Of a stretch of 38,496 bases of DNA, positions 1-6,311 are shown piece by piece. Position 1 is the first letter of the stretch; each line of letters begins with the position of its first letter. The notes under the pieces were generated by a model. The model had not been told where the DNA came from, ran no database searches, and was given only the letters and a program-made list of their open reading frames with translations. Position numbers and translations under genes: made by a program. The DNA is taken from IMG/VR virus record IMGVR_UViG_3300033076_000083, positions 1 through 38,496 of that record. One strand, 5' to 3'. This DNA comes from a virus. Taxonomy: Duplodnaviria; Caudoviricetes.

Positions 1-359
1 TCGTAGAGTTCAATGCAGTGGTCGCCCACTCTTATCTCTGTGCAACCATCTTCATTGATCTCTACATCGTTGTTTTCCTCCCCTACCCTGACGAACCGCC
101 ACCCCGCTGTGCCCTCGAACACCTCGGTTGCGTAGTTCATCAATCGTGTATGCCCCTGCACGTCTAGATACGATTCATACCACTTGACATCGTCGCATCT
201 GAACGTAATCAGCGGTCTTTCCTTGTCCTCGCATGCACACTCGTCGAGTGCTTCGGCCATCTCTTTGTCTTCTTTGTGCTTCACGAGTTCAATGAACGCA
301 CTGCGCTCATCCATTGAGCCAAAGCCTATAACGTAGGCAACGTCTGATCTGTATCCCAT
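1..359 (-). CDS. Phage hypothetical protein (3' end runs off window)
   Basis: Manually translated, not in the ORF track: MGYRSDVAYVIG...DDVKWYESY...WRFVRVGEE. ATG at 359 overlaps the upstream stop (TAATG) and the frame is open to the window edge. Confidence 0.8.
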   Translation of the reverse strand, partial: MGYRSDVAYVIGFGSMDERSAFIELVKHKEDKEMAEALDECACEDKERPLITFRCDDVKWYESYLDVQGHTRLMNYATEVFEGTAGWRFVRVGEENNDVEINEDGCTEIRVGDHCIELY

Positions 360-1027
360 TACAAAAGCCTCCCTTGTTCGTCAAACAAATACTTGTTGAG
401 ATCGGCGAAGTCCGCAAGAATCTCGTCATCAAGCAAGCCCTCGTATTCCTCTCTCAGCGCACGATAGATGTCTTGTGCAAATATCTTTGCCTTCAACATC
501 GCTGTCTCGATCCACTCGTTGATGCGCCCCTCTACGTCGAAGCTCTCGCGCAGTTGCTTAACACTCGCGCCTTGCATCACACCTTTATGAAGCACAGCGT
601 CGTCGTGAACACGTTCCCACTCAGTCCAGTCTGAGTAGTCATACGTCATTGTGTTCTCGTGGGTGTAGTGGTATGAGCGCCGCACGATGTGCAGGTCTTT
701 GTTGACCCACTCGTCGCGTATCAACTCGCACAAGATCATGTCCTCGCCGAAACTTGCGGACTCTTTGTCCGCGTGTTTCTCTATGAACTCAAGCAAGTCA
801 ACACTGCCTGTCCACGATGCGCCGTCACCTTGTGAGTAGAACCCACTGAAGCGTATGTCCTCGATGTTGAAGCCAAGCTCTTTGCCTTTCTGTTTCGATG
901 CTTCATACACGCAGTCCCACCACTCGTGGTCGGTGCGATACTCGACAAGTTTCTGTCGGGCACGCGAACGTGCAACCCCTTGTAGCTCGCGGTATGCGTA
1001 AGCTGTGATTGTGATTTCTATTGGCAT
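359..1027 (-). CDS. Hypothetical protein resembling the family often annotated 'antitoxin of toxin-antitoxin stability system'
   Basis: 222 aa with AGGAG RBS. Motifs WWDCVYE, IRFSGFYSQGDGASW and IYRALREEYE are recalled from that family, whose function is not established. Confidence 0.6.
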   Translation of the reverse strand: MPIEITITAYAYRELQGVARSRARQKLVEYRTDHEWWDCVYEASKQKGKELGFNIEDIRFSGFYSQGDGASWTGSVDLLEFIEKHADKESASFGEDMILCELIRDEWVNKDLHIVRRSYHYTHENTMTYDYSDWTEWERVHDDAVLHKGVMQGASVKQLRESFDVEGRINEWIETAMLKAKIFAQDIYRALREEYEGLLDDEILADFADLNKYLFDEQGRLL

Positions 1028-1296
1028 GATGTGCTCCTTAAGAGTTTGATGTTTTCCAATGTGTCGTAGTCACCTACGGCAATGATTTTGTAAAGTTTGT
1101 GGTTTTCTAGATAGTCTTTTGCCCCTTGGTATATCCATACGTGCAACCATTTATTCGGCCCCTCGACTAGCACGTATTTAGTCGTCATGATAAATTCCTT
1201 TCTTATTACATACCTAGCGTCGGGGCGCGAAGCAAACCATTTACTGAGCTTGCCGTCACAGTCTTGCAACAGCAAGTGAGGGTTGTCCCCTCTCAT
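1018..1296 (-). CDS. Phage hypothetical protein (possible internal start at 1188)
   Basis: 92 aa, ATGA overlap with the upstream gene. A second RBS-like AAGGAA precedes the ATG at 1188. Confidence 0.65.
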   Translation of the reverse strand: MRGDNPHLLLQDCDGKLSKWFASRPDARYVIRKEFIMTTKYVLVEGPNKWLHVWIYQGAKDYLENHKLYKIIAVGDYDTLENIKLLRSTSCQ

Positions 1297-1736
1297 CCCA
1301 ATATCTCCTTCATTGCTTCTTTCACTTTGTCCTCCCAGTCGATGTCGTTGATGGCATCTTCGGCAAGCTCGGTTACCCTTTCTTCTGTGCAGTAGTCATC
1401 GTCGCGCAGGATTTGATTGACGCTGTGTTTTATATGATCCTCGAAGTCCGTATTGGCGATAGCTGACTGCACCATGTCGTAGATGTTGTCCTCGCCGTTG
1501 TGTTCCTCGTTGCGTTCGTGCTCACTGACGGCTATCTGCGCGGCATCGTCCGCTACGTTCTGTGAAATCTCGCGCACACGGCGCTCGAAGTCCTCGTTCA
1601 TCCATTTCATCGTGTGGTGGTTGCCCATGATCTCCTCGATGCGTTTGTCGATGAGCTTGTTGACTGTCTCCGTGACGCGTGCGTCAATGTGGATGTTGAT
1701 GGCGTGGATGATGTTTGCCAGTAGTGTGTTTTCCAT
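1293..1736 (-). CDS. Acidic helical phage hypothetical protein
   Basis: 147 aa with AGGAG RBS, fits operon packing. Confidence 0.8.
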   Translation of the reverse strand: MENTLLANIIHAINIHIDARVTETVNKLIDKRIEEIMGNHHTMKWMNEDFERRVREISQNVADDAAQIAVSEHERNEEHNGEDNIYDMVQSAIANTDFEDHIKHSVNQILRDDDYCTEERVTELAEDAINDIDWEDKVKEAMKEILG

Positions 1737-1815
1737 GATGTGCTCCTAGTTGAAATGCGGACAAACTGTCCGCGAGTTTGGGCAAAGCGCCCGAAAAAGA
1801 AGTGATGAGTGTTCC

Positions 1816-2049
1816 TTACTCTATGCCTTCCTCGCGCACAAGTTGTTCGTTGTGTAGTTGGGCTAAGAGTGTGAGAACTTCCTTGTCGCCAAAAGTGACG
1901 AGCTTGTTGACACCTTCGGTGTGTTTGTAAGCCGTGGCTACATCCCACATTTGTTTTGACCAGACCTTGTAGATACCCGTGAATTCGCCACGCACCAGCG
2001 CCCACTCGGTTGGTTCTTCGTCTTCCAAAAGGCTCGGGTGTATTCGCAT
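1816..2049 (-). CDS. Phage hypothetical protein
   Basis: 77 aa, AGGAGAAACAAAATG initiation region. Confidence 0.75.
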   Translation of the reverse strand: MRIHPSLLEDEEPTEWALVRGEFTGIYKVWSKQMWDVATAYKHTEGVNKLVTFGDKEVLTLLAQLHNEQLVREEGIE

Positions 2050-2109
2050 TTTGTTTCTCCTAGAACAACAGACTCACAGGGAAGAAAAGAATAAAAAGAA
2101 CGATGGTCA

Positions 2110-2463
2110 TCAGCGGTCTCCTTCAAAGTAGTGACGAATCAGCAAGGGCATCGGGTCGCCTTGTTCCAGCATGATGCGCTTGCCTTCCTCCTCCGACACA
2201 ATGTCTTCCATGTCTACGTCGATCTTGTGCGGATCGCGGTCTGTTTCCTCGTAGAGTTCACAGCGTCCATCTTTAGTGGCGTGCCACTTGTCGTTGTGTT
2301 GTCTCATCGGGGGTTCGTGCCAAGAGATTTCATCGGGTATGTCGGCGGGCAGTTTGGGGTTGCGTCTATGCACACAGTGCATGCCTGTGTCCTCCACTGT
2401 CCAGTTTGAATAGCCCTCGTCTTTGTGGAATATCCACTTACACCCGAGGCATGACTTGCTCAT
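2110..2463 (-). CDS. Cys-containing phage hypothetical protein
   Basis: Start moved to ATG 2463 (ATGA overlap with upstream stop). 117 aa with CxxC plus two more Cys, possibly metal-binding. Confidence 0.7.
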   Translation of the reverse strand: MSKSCLGCKWIFHKDEGYSNWTVEDTGMHCVHRRNPKLPADIPDEISWHEPPMRQHNDKWHATKDGRCELYEETDRDPHKIDVDMEDIVSEEEGKRIMLEQGDPMPLLIRHYFEGDR

Positions 2464-2648
2464 GCCCCATTCTCCCGCGCCCACTCAGCATGGGCTTTCA
2501 AGATTTGCTCTCGCGCATCTTTGTTCTCGATGAACAGGCGTAGCATCTTCTTGCTTACCCGCGCATCTTCCCTCGCGTGCATCCACAACGCCGTCATACC
2601 AAAGGCCCACAAGAGCAGGGCCATCTCTGTCAATGTGATCTCAATCAT
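2460..2648 (-). CDS. Small membrane-anchored hypothetical protein
   Basis: 62 aa MIEITLTEMALLLWAFGMTALWM..., GGAGG RBS, ATGA overlap, N-terminal hydrophobic helix. Confidence 0.7.
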   Translation of the reverse strand: MIEITLTEMALLLWAFGMTALWMHAREDARVSKKMLRLFIENKDAREQILKAHAEWARENGA

Positions 2649-2836
2649 TTCATTACCTCCATACTGGTTACTGCCGCCTTGATGATGGCGCACCGCGCCG
2701 CTGCTTTGCATAGATAGTCGAACTCCTCTCTGCTGTTGATGTCTCCCTCGTCGAGCTTGTGCCCGATCTCTTTCAATACCTCTGTTGCATGTTCAAGCAC
2801 ATGCTGTGCGTCTGCTTTGTTTTTCAGGATGCTCAT
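2645..2836 (-). CDS. Phage hypothetical protein
   Basis: 63 aa MSILKNKAD..., initiation region AAGGAGAAAGCAAATGA. Confidence 0.75.
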   Translation of the reverse strand: MSILKNKADAQHVLEHATEVLKEIGHKLDEGDINSREEFDYLCKAAARCAIIKAAVTSMEVMK

Positions 2837-2973
2837 TTGCTTTCTCCTTGTTCTAAAGCCTCGGCGATGATGAGGTAGAACCACATCTGCTGGCAGTCCC
2901 CCTTGCTCTCGTAGAACCTCCGCGCCCAGTAACGTGCGAACCATGCGGCGTTGTCTCTGGTTTTCTGTTTCAT
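2833..2973 (-). CDS. Small phage hypothetical protein
   Basis: Below the ORF-track cut-off. 46 aa MKQKTRDNAAWFARYWARRFY...EQGESK with AAGGAG RBS. Confidence 0.7.
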   Translation of the reverse strand: MKQKTRDNAAWFARYWARRFYESKGDCQQMWFYLIIAEALEQGESK

Positions 2974-2977
2974 GCTC

Positions 2978-3142
2978 TTACTCCTTTATTTCTACAACAT
3001 CGTAGATTTCACAATCGCCTAACTCTGCCTCGGTCACGTCCATCAAATCGGACATCATGTCCCATGCTTGGTCTTCTGATTCGGCTTCTAACTCAATCTG
3101 TTGGTAGTACTTGAACACCACCACGCCTTTGTATCGTTTCAT
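2978..3142 (-). CDS. Small acidic phage hypothetical protein
   Basis: 54 aa MKRYKGVVVFKYYQQIELEAESEDQA..., AAGGAG RBS. The (V/L)EAESEEEA-type motif is common in small phage proteins. Confidence 0.75.
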   Translation of the reverse strand: MKRYKGVVVFKYYQQIELEAESEDQAWDMMSDLMDVTEAELGDCEIYDVVEIKE

Positions 3143-3348
3143 GCTCTTACTCCTTTGTGTGATGAGTTGAGGCCGACCAACAACTTGGGGTCGGTGATGA
3201 GGATGTAGTTGGACTTGGGCATGGGTGCGACTGTGTGCTTGACTTGCTTGGCGTGTTGCTCCCCGCATGTCAGGCATGTCCTATACCCTAGTTGCCAACG
3301 TAGCGCGGCAACGTAGTCACCGCAGTCGATACATTCTTTGTCAGTCAT
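3139..3348 (-). CDS. DksA/TraR C4-type zinc-finger protein
   Basis: CIDCGDYVAALRWQLGYRTCLTC matches the CxxC-x~17-CxxC DksA/TraR finger pattern. Confidence 0.7.
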   Translation of the reverse strand: MTDKECIDCGDYVAALRWQLGYRTCLTCGEQHAKQVKHTVAPMPKSNYILITDPKLLVGLNSSHKGVRA

Positions 3349-3614
3349 TTGATAAGTCCTTTCTCATACATCTGTTTGATTAGCGTGCCGTGGATGATTG
3401 AATACCCACGCTTGCGTCCTTCCTCGTCCATCCACCTGAGTTCCTCTGCGGGTGTCAGGTTGAACTCGTTGGCGTAGTAACAGCAAAAGTGGACGGCCAC
3501 ATCGAAAGATCGTGACGAATCGAACCACATCCCGTCCCCGTCTACGCATCCGTAGAAGTCCAACTCGTCTGCTGAGTAACGCTGATACTTTTTAAATTCT
3601 TCCCATGTTTTCAT
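3345..3614 (-). CDS. Phage hypothetical protein
   Basis: 89 aa, AAGGAGAGAGCAAATGA initiation region. Confidence 0.75.
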   Translation of the reverse strand: MKTWEEFKKYQRYSADELDFYGCVDGDGMWFDSSRSFDVAVHFCCYYANEFNLTPAEELRWMDEEGRKRGYSIIHGTLIKQMYEKGLIK

Positions 3615-3769
3615 TTGCTCTCTCCTTGTTTGATGATTGCTACTAGCTTGTCACGCAGTGCGTTGAACTTGTCACACACCTCGTCGTCGTAGTCGAACGC
3701 ATCTGCTTCTCTGTCGCAGAGGTCTGCGAGGTCGGACAGTTCTTCGCGGGTTAGTTTCATTTCAGTCAT
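3611..3769 (-). CDS. Small acidic phage hypothetical protein
   Basis: Below the track cut-off. 52 aa MTEMKLTREELSDLADLCDRE...QGESK, AAGGAGAAAGCAAATGA initiation region. Confidence 0.75.
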   Translation of the reverse strand: MTEMKLTREELSDLADLCDREADAFDYDDEVCDKFNALRDKLVAIIKQGESK

Positions 3770-3814
3770 TTGCTTTCTCCTTTGGTTGATGCGGACAAGT
3801 TGTCCGCGAGTTTC

Positions 3815-4564
3815 TCAGTCATAAGTTTTAAGGCGTGCCTTCGCTTGGGTCAGGCGATCCTCCTCTTTGAGTGGGTTGAATGTGGGGTCTGGTGCTTTGT
3901 TCGTCTGGAATATCAGCGGCATGCGTGTGCCCATGCGTCGATCGACAGGGATGGCTTCCCACAACACGCGCACTTGATCCTTGATGTCAGGCTCAACGTA
4001 TCGAGGCCACCACATGTGCTCGGGCGGTGCGTCTGACTTCTTCGTCTTGGTGCGAGCACACATCCTGAGCCATGCGCGTAGCTTGACCAGTTCGTTCTCG
4101 TAAAAAATGGCAAACGCCAGCAAGTCAGGCACGCCACGCTTGTCGGCGTAATACCGCTGATGCTTGACCGCCGTGATCTCTCGGTTCATCTCCTGCACCA
4201 GATACATCCAAGGCTTTGCCCGAACTTTTTCCCACCTTGTGTATGCGGCGCGACGTTGCTCGGCCTTGGCCTCGGCATGTCGGCGCTTGATGGTCAGGTC
4301 ATAGGTGAACTTGTTGAGGTCGCCAGTCGATACCCTTGAGAGCAGTTCTTTGTTGCTCAACTTGCTCGGGGGTTTGCGCTTGGGCTGACAAGATTTGCAC
4401 AGCGAGGACTCGACATCCACGAGCACGTTGCCCGCGTAGCCCCTCGCCATTGCCTGCGCTCGGCTGAGTCGGCGCATGAATTGTGTCATTGGTTTGACAA
4501 CTTGGCACGATGGGCAGAGTGCGCCAGCTATGCCATCGGCTTGCTTTTCGTATGAGTCGTGCAT
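3815..4564 (-). CDS. Basic protein with N-terminal CxxC...CxxC zinc-binding motif
   Basis: Start moved to ATG 4564 (GGAG RBS). 249 aa, CPSC...CKSC, Lys/Arg-rich, possibly nucleic-acid binding. Confidence 0.7.
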   Translation of the reverse strand: MHDSYEKQADGIAGALCPSCQVVKPMTQFMRRLSRAQAMARGYAGNVLVDVESSLCKSCQPKRKPPSKLSNKELLSRVSTGDLNKFTYDLTIKRRHAEAKAEQRRAAYTRWEKVRAKPWMYLVQEMNREITAVKHQRYYADKRGVPDLLAFAIFYENELVKLRAWLRMCARTKTKKSDAPPEHMWWPRYVEPDIKDQVRVLWEAIPVDRRMGTRMPLIFQTNKAPDPTFNPLKEEDRLTQAKARLKTYD

Positions 4565-4650
4565 GTTTTTCTCCGTAAAAGTGTCATTGTGGCGGGTATT
4601 GCGTCCACCGTCCACTTTTTTTGGACTACCTTGGGGGGCCGCTTGGTAAG

Positions 4651-4834
4651 CCGCATGGATACTAGCTTTCTTGGTGGTTGCGTCAAACAGACCCACGCTA
4701 TTTGAGAAGTGCTCTTGGGAAAAACAAAAGAACCACACCCACTTGCTTCTTCTTTTATATATATATTTCTTTTTTTCTTTTTTATATATAGGTGTGTTGT
4801 GTCAGACAGGTGGACAACGCTAGTATCCATGCGG
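4651..4834. repeat. 16-bp perfect inverted repeat flanking an AT-rich core (candidate origin)
   Basis: CCGCATGGATACTAGC at 4651-4666 and its reverse complement at 4819-4834, with a (TA)n/poly-T tract at ~4748-4790. Confidence 0.75.
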
Positions 4835-4948
4835 GTTAGAGGATACCCACGCAGAGTGCATCGCGTGGTGAACGCTTGACCTAGGTGGGTATGTGGTTTT
4901 TAAGCAACACCTTCTCTGCAATACGTTGCGGACAGATTGTCCGCGAGT

Positions 4949-5134
4949 TCAACGGCGGTTCTTGAGAGGGCGCACGCCGAGCTTGACGAGTTCCCATTGC
5001 ATTTCCATTTGCTCGGCGTTGCGTAGGGCTTTGGCTTTGCGGTCTTGGATGTTGTTGTCTCGGGCTATCTCGTCGCGCAGGACGCGGAGTTTGGCGCGGT
5101 GGATTTCTTTGATTGAGGTTTGGTTGCGTTGCAT
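4949..5134 (-). CDS. Small basic phage hypothetical protein
   Basis: 61 aa MQRNQTSIKEIHRAKLR..., GGAG RBS before ATG 5134. Confidence 0.7.
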   Translation of the reverse strand: MQRNQTSIKEIHRAKLRVLRDEIARDNNIQDRKAKALRNAEQMEMQWELVKLGVRPLKNRR

Positions 5135-5136
5135 GG

Positions 5137-5397
5137 TTATTCTCCGAGGTTGAGGTTGTGGAAAAGCTCGCAAGCGAGGTTGAAGATCGGCGGGTTGTTG
5201 CCGTTTGCCGATGCGTTGATGGCGTATTCCAAGACTGCGCCAAGTGCGGCTACTTGCTCGCGGGTGAGGGTTTGGTCTTGTAGGACTTCACGTTGCCACG
5301 CCCAAAGGTCAGGCGCTCGGTGTTTGGCAGGGCCAAAGGTTTGGCCGTTGACGGCCAGTTGCCATCCATTGATGACGGATTGTGTGGAAATGTTCAT
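5137..5397 (-). CDS. Phage hypothetical protein
   Basis: 86 aa MNISTQSVING..., GGAG RBS before ATG 5397. Confidence 0.7.
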   Translation of the reverse strand: MNISTQSVINGWQLAVNGQTFGPAKHRAPDLWAWQREVLQDQTLTREQVAALGAVLEYAINASANGNNPPIFNLACELFHNLNLGE

Positions 5398-5491
5398 GAT
5401 GATCTCCAAGGTTGACAAGAAAAAGAACAGCGGCGAGGGTTGATTCCCCCGCCGCCTTGAAAAAACTCGCGGACAAGTTGTCCGCAAGCTG

Positions 5492-5854
5492 TCACACAGA
5501 AGCCAAGAAGCGGCGCTTCTCAGCACCAGTCAGTGCGTTGTAGGCCTTGAGCAGTTTGGCCACGTTGTCGGTCTTGTGGGCTTTGCCAGTGCGTTGTGGC
5601 AAGTCCGCGCTCGGGAAGCACACTTGCAAGACGCGGTTCATGGCGCGCTCGGCGGCGCTGTCGCGTGGCAACTTAGCGCCACGTTGTCCCTGCTCGATGC
5701 GGGCGTTGTGTTTCTTCGCGGCCCACTCCATTGCGAGTGGCTTGGCGGTTGCGCGGTCACCGATGCCGAGTGCGATTAGGCGCTCTGCAAAACTTGCGGA
5801 CGATTTGTCCGCGTCGTTGAACACTGCGAAGATGGCTTGTTTGTTTACGTTCAT
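5492..5854 (-). CDS. First early gene, basic hypothetical protein
   Basis: 120 aa MNVNKQAIF..., GGAG RBS, directly downstream of the leftward promoter. Confidence 0.75.
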   Translation of the reverse strand: MNVNKQAIFAVFNDADKSSASFAERLIALGIGDRATAKPLAMEWAAKKHNARIEQGQRGAKLPRDSAAERAMNRVLQVCFPSADLPQRTGKAHKTDNVAKLLKAYNALTGAEKRRFLASV

Positions 5855-5869
5855 GATTAACTCCAAATG

Positions 5870-5890
5870 AAAAAGCCCGCAGATGCGGGC
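5870..5890 (-). terminator. Intrinsic terminator-like hairpin in the early leader
   Basis: Minus strand reads GCCCGC-ATCT-GCGGGC-TTTTT. Confidence 0.55.
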
Positions 5891-5927
5891 GAAACGTCGC
5901 AGGGCGAATTCCCTAGCAACGAGTTGT

Positions 5928-5936
5928 ATTATAACA
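5928..5936 (-). promoter_or_regulatory. Extended -10 sigma70 promoter for the early arm
   Basis: Minus strand reads TGtTATAAT, a perfect extended -10, about 75 bp upstream of the first early gene. Confidence 0.7.
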
Positions 5937-6163
5937 CACAACGTATTTCTGAATACCTTTGACACTCAGTTTTGCCGTGGCTCAACCCCACGGTGGGGGC
6001 ATCACCCCATATTGGCCGTGCCGTGCCTTGTCGCCGTGAACACTGTTTCGCAACCGCACAGACCACTTTGTAAAATCCTAGACAACACCCCCGGCAAAAT
6101 CTCTACCCCACCCCAAAAATTTTTTAAAAAATTTGGAAAAACCTCTTGTCAAACGCAAGACAT

Positions 6164-6193
6164 AAAAAAGCCCCCAGTGTTTCCACCGGGGGC
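6164..6193 (-). terminator. Intrinsic terminator (leftward)
   Basis: Minus strand reads GCCCCCGGTG-GAAA-CACTGGGGGC-TTTTTT. Confidence 0.85.
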
Positions 6194-6258
6194 GTGAATG
6201 GGGCTGACCCCAGAGGAGATAGCAAATGAGCAAAGCGGCAAACCGCTTGACACCTGCG
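6164..6258 (-). ncRNA. Candidate trans-acting antisense sRNA (~95 nt)
   Basis: Bounded by a TTGCGG-17-TACACT promoter and a strong terminator. Two hairpins flank an unpaired seed complementary to early-gene RBS/start regions. Confidence 0.55.
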
Positions 6259-6293
6259 AAAGTAAGTGTACACTCCGCGCCACGGGACCGCAA
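6247..6293. promoter_or_regulatory. Overlapping bidirectional sigma70-like promoters sharing the palindrome AGTGTACACT
   Basis: Plus strand: TTGACA(6247-6252)-16 bp-TACACT(6269-6274). Minus strand: TTGCGG(6293-6288)-17 bp-TACACT(6270-6265). Confidence 0.65.
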
Positions 6294-6311
6294 CAGACCG
6301 CAGGAGCAAGA

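Larger units (their letters stand above)
756..5812. repeat. Dispersed 17-bp palindrome GCGGACA-N3-TGTCCGC (6 copies)
   Basis: Exact copies at 1757-1773, 3791-3807, 4928-4944 and 5469-5485. One-mismatch copies at 756-772 and 5796-5812. Confidence 0.9.

Noticed and set aside
359-1027. Bona fide toxin-antitoxin module
   Set aside because: The family label is a recalled annotation without demonstrated function, and no cognate toxin is recognisable nearby.
4565-4830. ORF-track extensions through the AT-rich island (3815-4738 start, 4528-4830)
   Set aside because: They translate low-complexity repeat DNA, and a good RBS exists at 4564.
5412-5417. Plus-strand TTGACA as an antisense promoter
   Set aside because: No -10 element at 16-18 bp spacing.
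756-5812. CRISPR array, integron attC sites or N4-type hairpin promoters as explanation for the palindromes
   Set aside because: Spacing is irregular (0.3-2 kb), there are no cas or integrase genes or GTTRRRY boxes, the loop is not conserved and orientation varies.
6198-6311. N-terminal extension of the putative TerS ORF in the track
   Set aside because: It overlaps the promoter and sRNA region. GTG 6312 has a proper AGGAG RBS.
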